A stretch of 64,000 nucleotides of DNA from a virus. Taxonomy: Duplodnaviria > Caudoviricetes. Below the pieces are notes generated by a model. That model saw only the letters and a program-made list of their open reading frames with translations. It had not been told where the DNA came from and did not search any database. A program made the position numbers and the translations under genes. Location of the stretch: the IMG/VR virus record IMGVR_UViG_3300044611_001018; one strand, written 5' to 3'. Below are positions 29,048 to 38,955 of this stretch, one piece after another (the stretch's first letter is position 1; each line of letters starts with the position of its first letter).

Positions 29048-29812
29048 TTAGATGTTTAACCTTAAAAATAAAGAGCATTTTGTAATTCCTGTACATGAAA
29101 TAACTCTAAAATCAAGTATATCTCCAGCAACAACATCAGTTGCCCATGTTGAAAGAGATTCATCTCTATTTTTTGATTGATTAATCAACCTAGGATATTC
29201 ACTTCCAACAATTGAGGTTAAATTGTCTGGATATGTATTGTATTGGTCTTTTCTAATGTCTATAACAATAGACCCTGTTTCTTCAGATACTATTGTCCAC
29301 GACTCAATTCTTCCAGATACATCCAATCCAAGAGATCCTTTTACTCCTGGAGTAATATCAAATGATCCATTATCCAAAACAAAATTAATTGTCCTAGTAA
29401 GATCAGCAACTGTTCTAAGAGCAACTCCCCAAAATTCATTAGACCCACCAACATTTGCTGCTGGAGGATTGGTAAAAATTATGGTGCTTCCAGAAACATT
29501 ATAGTCTATTCCTGGACTTAGAATAGTATCATTTAAAGATATAATTAATTGTTGAGCATTAATTGGGGTATATGATTCACCATTTACAGTTAAATTAAAT
29601 GTATTTCTTGACCCATTAAATTCTGATGATATATCATCTAGAATAAGATTTGTATACTGAACACTTTTTGAAGGTATCTCAAAATTAACCCCAATCCTGT
29701 AATCGGGACTTCCAATACTCGCATCTTGTCCATTATCTAGAGTAATTATATAATCTTCTCTAGCAATACTTATTCCTTGGTCTTCATCTAAAGTAATTGT
29801 ATAATCAGACAT
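29048..29812 (-). CDS. Baseplate/tail-associated protein
   Basis: LDDISSEFNGSRNTFNL, SGSTIIFTNPP, typical of cyanomyovirus wedge-type proteins. Confidence 0.65.
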   Translation of the reverse strand: MSDYTITLDEDQGISIAREDYIITLDNGQDASIGSPDYRIGVNFEIPSKSVQYTNLILDDISSEFNGSRNTFNLTVNGESYTPINAQQLIISLNDTILSPGIDYNVSGSTIIFTNPPAANVGGSNEFWGVALRTVADLTRTINFVLDNGSFDITPGVKGSLGLDVSGRIESWTIVSEETGSIVIDIRKDQYNTYPDNLTSIVGSEYPRLINQSKNRDESLSTWATDVVAGDILDFRVISCTGITKCSLFLRLNI

Positions 29813-30147
29813 TAGAAACTAACTCCTGGATGAACTAATACCATACCAGCAATTACTTTTGTTTTTGTTCCATTAGAAGATTCAATAAACACATCATATA
29901 CGTACCTACCTTCTGGAATAGTTGCAGTTATTGCATCTGACATACCAATGGAAATCTTACCCTGTACTCTATCAACAAAGGTAATACTAAAAGAGTAACT
30001 TCTAGTAGAGGTATGATGTTTTCTCATTTCACTAGAAGCAGTATAACCCAACAAGTTAAGTGGGGTTAAATCTTTATTCCTTACTGTAAAATTTACATTA
30101 AAATCTGCCCCTTGTTCTAGAGTAAGGTTCAAAGGTACTGCTGCCAT
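29812..30147 (-). CDS. Virion structural protein (Ig-like, EQGADF family)
   Basis: NLTLEQGADF...GRYVYDV...G.V.V.PGV. Confidence 0.7.
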   Translation of the reverse strand: MAAVPLNLTLEQGADFNVNFTVRNKDLTPLNLLGYTASSEMRKHHTSTRSYSFSITFVDRVQGKISIGMSDAITATIPEGRYVYDVFIESSNGTKTKVIAGMVLVHPGVSF

Positions 30148-30175
30148 TTATATTACCTTTAGGGTCTCAATATAT

Positions 30176-30340
30176 TTATCTAGCATACTCATCAAGTTTA
30201 TCTAATACCTTATTTAAATAATGATGAGCTAACCACTTTGGGTCGTATCCAGATTTATTCATCCATTCCTTATCTAACTCTAATTTTAATTTAAGAATCT
30301 CACATTTTATAATGTCTTTAGTTACGTTTCCTCTAGGCAT
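30176..30340 (-). CDS. Hypothetical protein
   Basis: MPRGNVTKDIIKCEILK...; start moved to 30340. Confidence 0.65.
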   Translation of the reverse strand: MPRGNVTKDIIKCEILKLKLELDKEWMNKSGYDPKWLAHHYLNKVLDKLDEYAR

Positions 30341-30458
30341 AAGCGTTATTAACTCCCCAATATGCAAATAGTAAAATTAAAGAAAAAATAATAAAAAAAG
30401 AAATCCAAGTTGACTGTGTTGGCATAATCAATTCATTGCTGCTCTCTATTTTATACAT
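30333..30458 (-). CDS. Small membrane protein (41 aa)
   Basis: MYKIESSNELIMPTQSTWISFFIIFSLILLFAYWGVNNAYA; alternative start at 30425. Confidence 0.5.
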   Translation of the reverse strand: MYKIESSNELIMPTQSTWISFFIIFSLILLFAYWGVNNAYA

Positions 30459-30536
30459 TAATGTTCTTTACAACATGATTTGTGTTTTGATTTCAAAATT
30501 AATGTTATAATTATAGAATATATTTAATTATATCCG

Positions 30537-31154
30537 ATGACGCTATTTGTTAAAGACAACATTAAAGCATTTCATGTCCATATTCCAAGGACTGGTGGGA
30601 GATTTATAACTCAAACACTCGTTCACAATAACTATGAAGTCTTGCATTGTAGCGACGATTTACATTTATATGGAATAGAGTGTTTTCATTTACATTATCC
30701 ATTATATGAATACCTAGAGGATGTTGCAGAATCCATTCAGTTTGCAGTAATAAGAAATCCAATAGATAGGTTTAAATCAGAATTTTCTAATGTTGCTATT
30801 AAAAGAGGATATGGTAAAGAAGATTTAGATCAATTAGAAGATTATGATGGGTTTTGTTATTGGATTGAATATGAGCGTATGACTAGTCATTATGCTAAAA
30901 ATTGGTTTAGACCACAACATGAATTCATTGGTCCAAACACTTTAATATGGAGATTTGAAAATGGTCTAACAAAAAATTTTAGATCTTGGTATTATGAATT
31001 AACTAGAGATGTTCTAGAAGATAAAGAATATTCTTATTGGGGAGACGAAGATACAGAATTAAATCCGAAAAGAAAAGAATATTCAATGACAAAAAATATT
31101 GTGAAGAATATAGAAGAATATTACAAAAAAGATTTTGAAGTATTTAGTTATTAG
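30537..31154 (+). CDS. Sulfotransferase family 2-like protein
   Basis: FHVHIPRTGGRFI, RNPIDRFKSEF, WFRPQHEF. Confidence 0.8.
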   Translation: MTLFVKDNIKAFHVHIPRTGGRFITQTLVHNNYEVLHCSDDLHLYGIECFHLHYPLYEYLEDVAESIQFAVIRNPIDRFKSEFSNVAIKRGYGKEDLDQLEDYDGFCYWIEYERMTSHYAKNWFRPQHEFIGPNTLIWRFENGLTKNFRSWYYELTRDVLEDKEYSYWGDEDTELNPKRKEYSMTKNIVKNIEEYYKKDFEVFSY

Positions 31155-31251
31155 TTTTTTTCTTGGGTTCTTTTTTTGATGGTCGATACAATTGGGGCCA
31201 AGTGTCTCTAACAATTTCTGCTAGTTTATAAGGGGTTTCTGAACTAATCAT
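31144..31251 (-). CDS. Small hypothetical protein (35 aa)
   Basis: MISSETPYKLAEIVRDTWPQLYRPSKKEPKKTNN, directly after the gnd stop. Confidence 0.6.
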   Translation of the reverse strand: MISSETPYKLAEIVRDTWPQLYRPSKKEPKKKTNN

Positions 31252-31252
31252 T

Positions 31253-32287
31253 TTATCTAACGTGGTGTCCTCCAAACATGTAACGCATTCCATTTAGGAT
31301 TTTTGCTCCGAACGATCCGAGATTGCGTGAGTTAAATCTTTCAAATAGGGCAGTAGTAATGACAGGAGCGGGAATCCCCAGATCCACAGCGGCAGAAACA
31401 GTCCAACGACCCTCACCGCTGTCGGATACGCCTCCAGAGAACTGTTTAAGGACACCATCCCTGCGTAACACATCAGCAGTAAGGTCAAGTAACCAAGACC
31501 CAACCACGCTACCACGACGCCATAACTCAGCAACCTCAGCAACGTCAATATCATAGCAGTAACTTTCTGGATCCGCCATAGGGGCAACCTCTGCATCTCC
31601 TTCTCTGACATACTGGGCACCTGCATTAGCGTTCTTGATGATGTTAAATCCTTCTGCGTATGCTTGCATAATACCATACTCAATACCATTATGCACCATC
31701 TTTACAAAGTGTCCTGCACCAGGACCACCACAATGCAACCAACCATGTTCTGCAGAGGTTATGTCTGAGTCAAATTGAGTCCTGGGGGCAGCGTCAATTC
31801 CTGGGGAGAGGGCATCAAAAATGCGCGAACAAGTGGCGACTGCAATATTTCCACCCCCAACCATAAGACAGTATCCACGATCCAAACCATAAACACCACC
31901 GCTAGTGCCACAATCAATATATTGGATACCCAGTTTTGCCAGACGTTCTGCTCTCTTCCGACTGTCTTTAAAATTGCTATTGCCATGATCAATAATAATA
32001 TCTCCTTCACCACAATATCGTAGTAACTCATTGATTGTCTCCTCTACGGTTTCTGCGGGCACAACCATCTGAAAAATACCAGGTTGTGTTCCACCAGTTT
32101 TTGTTTGTTTAACTACTTGAACAAGATTTTGAATAGTAGTTGTAACTCCATTAACAAATCCCTTTTCATAAGCTTCCTGAGCCTTTTCATAATTCCTCCT
32201 ATAACCCCAAACTTCTATTCCTGCTTTCATCATACGACGGGACATTCCTTCTCCCATTCTACCCAATCCAATTAATCCAACTTTCAT
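31253..32287 (-). CDS. gnd: 6-phosphogluconate dehydrogenase
   Basis: GLGRMG, DHGNS, DCGTSGG, GHFVKMVHNGIEYG, DSGEGRW. Confidence 0.97.
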   Translation of the reverse strand: MKVGLIGLGRMGEGMSRRMMKAGIEVWGYRRNYEKAQEAYEKGFVNGVTTTIQNLVQVVKQTKTGGTQPGIFQMVVPAETVEETINELLRYCGEGDIIIDHGNSNFKDSRKRAERLAKLGIQYIDCGTSGGVYGLDRGYCLMVGGGNIAVATCSRIFDALSPGIDAAPRTQFDSDITSAEHGWLHCGGPGAGHFVKMVHNGIEYGIMQAYAEGFNIIKNANAGAQYVREGDAEVAPMADPESYCYDIDVAEVAELWRRGSVVGSWLLDLTADVLRRDGVLKQFSGGVSDSGEGRWTVSAAVDLGIPAPVITTALFERFNSRNLGSFGAKILNGMRYMFGGHHVR

Positions 32288-32296
32288 TTTTTACTC

Positions 32297-33628
32297 CTAT
32301 TTTAATTTGAGTGGATAGTCCCACTTAGTAATCAGTTCTGTTTTTTGCCAAGGTCCCCAAACACCTTCATTATAAAGATATGGCATTGTCATAATCCTAC
32401 ATTGATCTCCAGTGCATAAAAGATCATCAACAATTCTCCAAGATTCTAATACCTCATCAGCATGAACAAAGTGCGATTGATCTTCGTTGATTGCATCATA
32501 AAAGAGTTTCACATAACCATCAATTGCTTTCTCTACAGGATAATGATACTGAAGAATTGCGGGTTCTACCATATCATTTAGTCCAGGAGATTTAATATCA
32601 ATACGCATATCCAGATGAGGATCTGGTTGCAGTCTCATTACAATTCTGTCATTACATTCATGTCCCTCAAACAATTGTTGTGGAGGTGACTTGAACTTAA
32701 TCACAACTTCAACGCAATTTACAGGCATCTTCTTACCTGTCATAAAGTAAAAAGGAACACCCTTCCATCTCCAGTTATCAATATACAAATCACCCGCAAC
32801 AAAAGTTGGAGTCTGTGAATCTGGATTTACTCCATCTTCACCTTTGTACCCATCATATTGACCAAGAACTACATTATCACCCAGTCTGGTTGCAGCAAGA
32901 ACTTTGACTTTCTCTCTGCGAATCTCTTTAGCATCATTCCTACAAGGGGGTTCCATTGCAATTAGTGCAAGCACCTGAAGCATATGGTTTTGAAGCATAT
33001 CTCTGACGGCACCAGCAGTATCATAATACTGGGCACGACCTTCGCAACCTATTGTTTCAGTTGCAAAGATTTGAACTTCTTCTACAAAGTTCCTGTTCCA
33101 AAGTGGCTCCAACAATATATTGCTAAAGCGGGTGGCAAGGATATTATTAACAGTATCTTTACCGAGATAATGGTCAATGCGATATACTTGTTTCTCGCGT
33201 AGATATCCAGCCACCACAGATTGTAGATAATTAGCAGATTGAAGATCGGTGCCAAAAGGTTTTTCAATAATGACTCTTGATTTTTCTGCGTCATCTAACT
33301 TACCTGCTTCTTTTAGGTTTGTAATAGCATCAGCATATCTTTCTGGTGGAACAGAAAGAAAATAAGTTGTGTCTTCATAAGATTCCAATAATTTAAGGGA
33401 TTCAGAATCACTCAAATCACAAGGAACATATTCAAGTCTCTTAATAAACTCTTGAGAATAATTTCCCAATACTTCTATCCAACTCTCTTTAGAGTGATTG
33501 GTTCTGGAAGCACCAATAATCTTCAATCCCTTTGGTAAAAGATTTTTCTTATGAAGAGAATAAAGTGCTGGTATAAGTTTCCTTTTACAAAGGTCTCCAG
33601 TTGCTCCAAATATAACTATTGATTTCAT
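32297..33628 (-). CDS. zwf: Glucose-6-phosphate dehydrogenase
   Basis: GATGDLCKRK, IEKPFG, RIDHYLGK, RDMLQNH. Confidence 0.97.
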   Translation of the reverse strand: MKSIVIFGATGDLCKRKLIPALYSLHKKNLLPKGLKIIGASRTNHSKESWIEVLGNYSQEFIKRLEYVPCDLSDSESLKLLESYEDTTYFLSVPPERYADAITNLKEAGKLDDAEKSRVIIEKPFGTDLQSANYLQSVVAGYLREKQVYRIDHYLGKDTVNNILATRFSNILLEPLWNRNFVEEVQIFATETIGCEGRAQYYDTAGAVRDMLQNHMLQVLALIAMEPPCRNDAKEIRREKVKVLAATRLGDNVVLGQYDGYKGEDGVNPDSQTPTFVAGDLYIDNWRWKGVPFYFMTGKKMPVNCVEVVIKFKSPPQQLFEGHECNDRIVMRLQPDPHLDMRIDIKSPGLNDMVEPAILQYHYPVEKAIDGYVKLFYDAINEDQSHFVHADEVLESWRIVDDLLCTGDQCRIMTMPYLYNEGVWGPWQKTELITKWDYPLKLK

Positions 33629-34125
33629 ACCATCTCCATTGCTCTTGAGAGTTCAATATAATGATTAATTTCATCGACTGCAATTTCAGCAATCTTTGTA
33701 TCTTCCTGATGATCCCAGAGATAGTTTAGATATGTCTCTGTGGCGTGAAACTCAATGCCTGCATTCAAGTGATAAGCAGAGACAGGAGCAATAAAATAAT
33801 AACCCACCAGAATCCAATAATAGATGAGAACCAGGTGATAAGCAATAAAACGATCATACCAACGGTCGGCACCACCACGCCTTTCCATTTCGATGAGGTG
33901 TTCGGTTTCATTGAGTGTCTGAGCAAAGTGTTCTTTCATCAAATAGTAGTGTGATAAATCTCTGAGTCCTAATGATTCTTTAAGATGCAGCACACTCACG
34001 AAAGCAAAGTATGGTGCTCTGGCAATTGTTTCCAAAACCCAGAACCTTTGTATGGGTAGGTCACGATACAAAAAATCAATGATTGATATTGTGACTAATA
34101 GAATTGTATCGTTAAACTTTTTCAT
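33625..34125 (-). CDS. ptox: Plastoquinol terminal oxidase
   Basis: LETIARAPYF, NETEHL, EFHATETY, DEINH diiron ligands. Confidence 0.92.
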   Translation of the reverse strand: MKKFNDTILLVTISIIDFLYRDLPIQRFWVLETIARAPYFAFVSVLHLKESLGLRDLSHYYLMKEHFAQTLNETEHLIEMERRGGADRWYDRFIAYHLVLIYYWILVGYYFIAPVSAYHLNAGIEFHATETYLNYLWDHQEDTKIAEIAVDEINHYIELSRAMEMV

Positions 34126-34783
34126 CGTTCACACTTTTGAGAACTTCTTCCCAATCTTTTTGGAACAAATCAAGACCTTTTTCAGTCATAATGTTCTTAT
34201 ACATTGCCCAAAATACTACTGGAGGGATTGTAACCACATCTGCACCATTAAGAGCAGATTGTTCTACCTGTCTTACATCACGAAGAGATGCTGCAAGAAT
34301 TTGTGTAGATGTTCCTGAGTAATCAAATGCCTTACGGATATTTTTGATAAGTTCAATCCCATCAATTGAGTTATCCATCCAACGTCCAACAAATGGTGAG
34401 ATGAATGTTGCTCCTGCTTTAGATGCAAGGATTGCTTGAGCGACGGAGAATACCAGGGTTACATTAACTTGAATTCCTTTATCAGTCAGAAACTTACAAG
34501 TCTTAAGTCCTTCTACGGTACAAGGAACTTTAATTGTAACTGCTGGTGCAATTGTATAAAATTTTTGTGCTTGTGAAAGCATTTCTTCTGAAGTATCTGC
34601 AACAACCTCTGCAGAAATACTTTCTAAGTTTTTAAACTCTGTTGCAATCTCTTGAATAACATTCAAAAGTTGTCTTCCACTTTTTAAAATAAGTGACGGA
34701 TTTGTAGTGACTCCATCCAATAATCCAGTCTCATATGCTGGACTAATCATTGAAACATCTGCAGTATCTAGAAAGATCTTCAT
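34112..34783 (-). CDS. talC: Transaldolase (TalC type)
   Basis: MKIFLDTAD, GVTTNPSL, IKVP, SPFVGR, LAAS. Confidence 0.96.
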   Translation of the reverse strand: MKIFLDTADVSMISPAYETGLLDGVTTNPSLILKSGRQLLNVIQEIATEFKNLESISAEVVADTSEEMLSQAQKFYTIAPAVTIKVPCTVEGLKTCKFLTDKGIQVNVTLVFSVAQAILASKAGATFISPFVGRWMDNSIDGIELIKNIRKAFDYSGTSTQILAASLRDVRQVEQSALNGADVVTIPPVVFWAMYKNIMTEKGLDLFQKDWEEVLKSVNDEKV

Positions 34784-34861
34784 AAAAAAGTAAGAACTCA
34801 TAAGTAATTATACGGAGTTCTTTCTAAGGTGTTAGTTTTTGTTATGAATTAAAGACATAAT

Positions 34862-34883
34862 AAAAAAGACCCCGAAGGGTCTT
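34862..34883 (-). terminator. Intrinsic terminator after psbD
   Basis: AAGACCC-TTCG-GGGTCTT followed by a T run. Confidence 0.9.
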
Positions 34884-34889
34884 ATAAAA

Positions 34890-35951
34890 TCAAAGAGCAT
34901 TTCCTCGCGGTAGAACTTCCTCTGGGAACACAAAGTTCTCATGGGGTTGATCTACTGGAGCCATCCACGCTCTAAGTCCCTCATTAAGGAGGATATTCTT
35001 CGTATAGAACGTTTCAAACTCTGGGTCCTCTGCCGCTCTAATCTCCTGAGATACAAAGTCGTATGCACGTAGATTGAGAGCAAGACCGATGATGCCAATA
35101 GAAGAAGTCCAGAGACCCATAACTGGCACAAAAAGCATAAAGAAGTGCAACCAACGCTTATTACTAAAAGCAATACCGAAGATCTGAGACCAGAATCGGT
35201 TCGCAGTAACCATAGAATACGTCTCTTCCTCTTGAGTTGGTTCAAATGCTTTGAAAGTATTCGACTGTTCACTATCTTCATAGAGTGTGTTTTCTACAGT
35301 TGCTCCATGAATCGCACAGAGCAGTGCTCCTCCCAGTATACCAGCAACTCCCATCATATGGAAGGGGTTAAGGGTCCAGTTGTGGAAACCTTGTAGGAAC
35401 AGAAGGAACCTGAAGATTGCAGCAACACCAAATGAAGGTGCAAAGAACCAACTGGATTGTCCCAGTGGATACATCAAGAATACAGAAACAAATACTGCAA
35501 TAGGACCAGAGAATGCGATTGCGTTATATGGACGGATACCTACCAGACGAGCAATCTCAAACTGACGAAGCATGAATCCAATCAAACTAAAGGCGCCGTG
35601 GAGTGCCACAAAAGTCCAGAGTCCCCCAAGTTGGAACCACCTGACGATATCCCCTTGAGCCTCAGGACCCCAAAGTAGAAGAAGAGAATGACCCATAGAA
35701 TCTGCAGGCGTTGACACAGCCGCTGTAAGGAAATTAGCACCCTCAAGATAACTAGACGCCAACCCGTGGGTGTACCAGCTTGTAACAAACGTCGTGCCAG
35801 TAAGCCAACCACCAAGGGCAAGATAAGCAGTGGGAAAAAGTAATAGTCCAGACCAACCCACAAATACAAAGCGATCTCGTTTAAGCCAGTCATCCAGGAC
35901 ATCGAACCATCCTCTTTGTGAAATTGGTTGTGAAAGTGTTGAAGAAGTCAT
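34890..35951 (-). CDS. psbD: Photosystem II D2 protein
   Basis: [14 protein letters not shown]...[10 protein letters not shown]; uninterrupted. Confidence 0.99.
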   Translation of the reverse strand: MTSSTLSQPISQRGWFDVLDDWLKRDRFVFVGWSGLLLFPTAYLALGGWLTGTTFVTSWYTHGLASSYLEGANFLTAAVSTPADSMGHSLLLLWGPEAQGDIVRWFQLGGLWTFVALHGAFSLIGFMLRQFEIARLVGIRPYNAIAFSGPIAVFVSVFLMYPLGQSSWFFAPSFGVAAIFRFLLFLQGFHNWTLNPFHMMGVAGILGGALLCAIHGATVENTLYEDSEQSNTFKAFEPTQEEETYSMVTANRFWSQIFGIAFSNKRWLHFFMLFVPVMGLWTSSIGIIGLALNLRAYDFVSQEIRAAEDPEFETFYTKNILLNEGLRAWMAPVDQPHENFVFPEEVLPRGNAL

Positions 35952-35971
35952 AACCTCCTATGTATTTCTCA

Positions 35972-36005
35972 TATTTATCTTAACATTCCTTAACAAAGAG
36001 GTCAA
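35972..36005 (-). promoter_or_regulatory. psbD promoter region: sigma70-like plus late motif plus direct repeats
   Basis: TTGACC-17-TAAGAT, overlapping ATAAATA; plus-strand TTAACATT-CC-TTAACAAA at 35980-35997. Confidence 0.6.
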
Positions 36006-36018
36006 TGAGTATTAGTGC

Positions 36019-36222
36019 TTATCCAATTACAACGAGAGAATCAAATGAGCAATCATATGTTCCTTTACGATTGGTGTCTAAGTATCTAACTTTCATTGCA
36101 ATTGGAGGAAAATATTCATCATCTTTATCATACATAAAACCTAGAATTTCAAATTCTCTTCCGTGCCGTCTTTGAATTGGATTATTAATCCTACAAATAT
36201 CACCTACTTTAAAAATAAACAT
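36019..36222 (-). CDS. Hypothetical protein (SH3/KOW-like pattern)
   Basis: FKVGDICRI start; 67 aa. Confidence 0.6.
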   Translation of the reverse strand: MFIFKVGDICRINNPIQRRHGREFEILGFMYDKDDEYFPPIAMKVRYLDTNRKGTYDCSFDSLVVIG

Positions 36223-36228
36223 AAATTT

Positions 36229-36351
36229 CTATCCCCAATAAATTACCCCAAGAGTGAATAAAACAAATACAAGAACTGTGAATACCATCATACCTACACC
36301 TGCCCAGATTACCCAATTAGGTACAGGTTCGTGTTGAGTATTATGAGACAT
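36229..36351 (-). CDS. Small membrane protein (40 aa)
   Basis: MSHNTQHEPVPNWVIWAGVGMMVFTVLVFVLFTLGVIYWG. Confidence 0.65.
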   Translation of the reverse strand: MSHNTQHEPVPNWVIWAGVGMMVFTVLVFVLFTLGVIYWG

Positions 36352-36378
36352 AAAAAAAGAGGGTTGTTATACCCTCTT
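36352..36378 (-). terminator. Intrinsic terminator after psbA
   Basis: AAGAGGGT-ATAACA-ACCCTCTT plus T run. Confidence 0.85.
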
Positions 36379-36403
36379 AATTATATCAGTTATTCAGTTT
36401 TTA

Positions 36404-37486
36404 TCAACCGATTGCAGGTGCGGTGAGAGCAATAGGAGTGCTTTCAGCAGCAGCAAGGTCAAGTGGGAAGTTGTGAGCATTACGTTCATGCATCACTTCC
36501 ATACCCAGACCAGCACGGTTCAGAACATCTGCCCAAGTATTGAGCACACGACCTTGACTATCAACGATGGACTGGTTGAAGTTGAAACCGTTGAGGTTGA
36601 ATGCCATGGTGCTAACACCAAGAGCAGTGAACCAGATGCCAACTACAGGCCATGCAGCGAGGAAGAAGTGCAGCGAACGTGAGTTATTAAAGGAAGCATA
36701 TTGGAAGATAAGGCGACCAAAGTAACCGTGGGCAGCAACGATGTTATAAGTTTCTTCTTCTTGACCAAACTTGTAACCATAATTCTGGGACTCGTTTTCG
36801 GTAGTTTCACGAACCAGCGAGGAAGTAACCAGAGAACCGTGCATAGCACTGAACAGAGAACCACCAAACACACCAGCAACACCAAGCATATGGAAGGGGT
36901 GCATCAGGATGTTGTGCTCTGCCTGGAACACAAGCATATAGTTGAACGTACCAGAGATACCCAGAGGCATCGCATCAGAGAAAGAACCTTGACCAAAAGG
37001 ATAAACCAGGAACACTGCACTCGCAGCAGCGACAGGTGCGCTGTAAGCAACACAGATCCAAGGACGCATACCCAGACGATAAGAGAGTTCCCACTCACGA
37101 CCCATGTAGGCGTAGATACCAATCAGGAAGTGGAACACAACCAGTTGGAACGGACCACCGTTGTAAAGCCACTCATCTAGGGAAGCAGCTTCCCAGATGG
37201 GATAAAAGTGCAGTCCAATAGCATTGGACGAAGGAATGACAGCACCAGAGATGATGTTGTTTCCGTACATGAGTGAACCAGCAACGGGTTCACGGATACC
37301 ATCAATGTCCACAGGAGGAGCACCGATGAATGCGATGATGAAACAAGTTGTAGCAGCAAGCAGGGTGGGAATCATCAGAACACCGAACCAACCAACATAA
37401 AGACGGTTATCGGTTGAAGTAACCCAGTTGCAGAACTGTTCCCAAGTATTCGATTGTTGTTGACGTGAAGCGATTGAAGCAGTCAT
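36404..37486 (-). CDS. psbA: Photosystem II D1 protein
   Basis: NRLYVGWFG...HNFPLDLA; 360 aa, no intron. Confidence 0.99.
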   Translation of the reverse strand: MTASIASRQQQSNTWEQFCNWVTSTDNRLYVGWFGVLMIPTLLAATTCFIIAFIGAPPVDIDGIREPVAGSLMYGNNIISGAVIPSSNAIGLHFYPIWEAASLDEWLYNGGPFQLVVFHFLIGIYAYMGREWELSYRLGMRPWICVAYSAPVAAASAVFLVYPFGQGSFSDAMPLGISGTFNYMLVFQAEHNILMHPFHMLGVAGVFGGSLFSAMHGSLVTSSLVRETTENESQNYGYKFGQEEETYNIVAAHGYFGRLIFQYASFNNSRSLHFFLAAWPVVGIWFTALGVSTMAFNLNGFNFNQSIVDSQGRVLNTWADVLNRAGLGMEVMHERNAHNFPLDLAAAESTPIALTAPAIG

Positions 37487-37489
37487 TTG

Positions 37490-37595
37490 TTTAAAAAAAG
37501 TAGTAAGACCATCAGGGAAATGGTGGTGATACTATGCTCCCCGCACCCTCAGCGGGGATATGAGAGACGTTTTTATACTCCCCATAGGTCTCGGT
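37490..37595 (-). ncRNA. PhotoRC-II-like psbA leader RNA
   Basis: ACGTCTCTCAT-ATCCCCGC-TGAGGGT-GCGGGGA...CACCACCATTTCCCTGATGGTCTTAC; position and hairpins match the cyanophage psbA leader as recalled. Confidence 0.65.
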
Positions 37596-37603
37596 TAGTG
37601 GGA

Positions 37604-37680
37604 GTTACAAACATTAAAGATTTGTTACGTTCCTTAACGTTTGATGTATTTATATTAACATATCCTCATACTGGTGTCAA
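37604..37680 (-). promoter_or_regulatory. psbA promoter region: sigma70, late motif and 10-bp-period repeats
   Basis: TTGACA(37680-37675)-17-TAATAT, ATAAATA, and plus-strand GTTACAAA/TTAAAGAT/GTTACGTT/TTAACGTT at 37604-37641. Confidence 0.7.
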
Positions 37681-37781
37681 GGTCATTTGACGGTTAATTT
37701 ATTTGGAGACCTTATGGAAAACCGAATACTAATAAAAGAATCTTACTAAATAAATAAAAAGAGATTTCTCAAGAAGGACAG

Positions 37782-37973
37782 ATGTTAAACGCACCTACAA
37801 GAGCTAGACTTCTAGCAATTTGCAACGACGTAAAAAATAAAAAAACAGTTTCTGAAATGAATCTCGTATGGGCGCAAAAAAATGCTATCCATGATGAAGA
37901 AGCAACAGAACTATTAAAGGCAGCAGGACAATATATTGAAGCTGCCGATCAAGAAGATACTACAGAAGTCTGA
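37782..37973 (+). CDS. Hypothetical protein, paralog of 375-701
   Basis: ML...R.RL.AIC...V...WA.K.A pattern; SD AGGA; upstream ATAAATA. Confidence 0.7.
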   Translation: MLNAPTRARLLAICNDVKNKKTVSEMNLVWAQKNAIHDEEATELLKAAGQYIEAADQEDTTEV

Positions 37974-37986
37974 TAAATTAAAGACA

Positions 37987-38017
37987 TAAAAATAGGGGGC
38001 ATATGCCCCCCTTTTTT
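37987..38017. terminator. Bidirectional terminator
   Basis: AAAAT-AGGGGGC-ATAT-GCCCCCT-T run between convergent genes. Confidence 0.85.
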
Positions 38018-38515
38018 TTATTTCGTATTCAGATATTTAATTACTTCTTCTGGAGTAGAATTTACATAAGGATCGTCTTCTGCATTAGAACGCTGTCCAG
38101 GTTCTACAGACATCCATTCAATTACACCATCATTAATTACTGCAGCATAACGCCAAGAACGATTGCCAAATCCAAGATTGTTTTTCGATACAAGCATTCC
38201 CATCTCACGAGTAAACTCAGCATTGCCATCAGGAATTAACTTAACCTTTTCAATTCCTTGGTCTTTTGCCCAGGCATTCATTACAAATCCATCATTAACA
38301 GAAATGCAATAAATCTCATCAATTCCCTTCTCTCGGATTACATCATAGTTATCTTCAAATCCAGGAAGTTGATAAGCACTGCAGGTAGGAGTAAATGCTC
38401 CAGGGAGTGAGAAAATTACAACTCTCTTATTAGAAAAAATTTCAGTAGAAGAACGGGTCACAAATTCTCCATTCTCACGAAATACAAAATTAATAGCAGG
38501 AACTTGATTATCCAT
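38018..38515 (-). CDS. Peroxiredoxin, Prx5/type II
   Basis: FSLPGAFTPTCS, SVNDGFVM.AW, RSWRYA. Confidence 0.93.
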   Translation of the reverse strand: MDNQVPAINFVFRENGEFVTRSSTEIFSNKRVVIFSLPGAFTPTCSAYQLPGFEDNYDVIREKGIDEIYCISVNDGFVMNAWAKDQGIEKVKLIPDGNAEFTREMGMLVSKNNLGFGNRSWRYAAVINDGVIEWMSVEPGQRSNAEDDPYVNSTPEEVIKYLNTK

Positions 38516-38527
38516 ATAAATTAAAAA

Positions 38528-38647
38528 TCAAAAAATACCAGGAATAATTTGTCCAGTTGTGATGTAAGTGCCAACAGCAATTACAAATCCAAGCATAGCG
38601 AGACGAGCATTAAGAATCTCAGCCTCAGGGGTCCATCCAAATTTCAT
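38528..38647 (-). CDS. hli: High-light inducible protein (39 aa)
   Basis: [21 protein letters not shown]; ExxNxRxAM chlorophyll-binding motif. Confidence 0.92.
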   Translation of the reverse strand: MKFGWTPEAEILNARLAMLGFVIAVGTYITTGQIIPGIF

Positions 38648-38955
38648 TTTGTTTCTCCTTTGTAAGAATGTTGTTGTTTAAGTTCAGTATTGGGTTGAGA
38701 AGGAACTACAGGGTTCCTTGATTTATTTTTAATAACAATGAAAGCATCGTTCTGATATGTTACGGTTCCAAATGGTTTTGCCCATTTTGGATTTGCATCT
38801 GGATGAGTTGCAGTTCCTGTAACTGCAACGCCACCAATTTCTACAGAGAGTTCATCGTTGGCATCCCATCCAAGTTTTTCAAGGGCAATTGCAAATTGCC
38901 CGAGCATACCACCAGTACCCATAACACTTTCTTCTGGTTCAAGATTTCCAATCAC
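38644..38955 (-). CDS. Cyanophage-type hypothetical protein
   Basis: 103-aa ORF overlapping petF and hli. Confidence 0.75.
   Translation of the reverse strand: MIGNLEPEESVMGTGGMLGQFAIALEKLGWDANDELSVEIGGVAVTGTATHPDANPKWAKPFGTVTYQNDAFIVIKNKSRNPVVPSQPNTELKQQHSYKGETK

Noticed and set aside
34952-37359. Many short ORFs overlapping psbD and psbA
   Set aside because: Shadows of highly biased genes
36404-37486. Group I intron or homing endonuclease in psbA or psbD
   Set aside because: Both frames are continuous and full length; no GIY-YIG or HNH ORF adjacent
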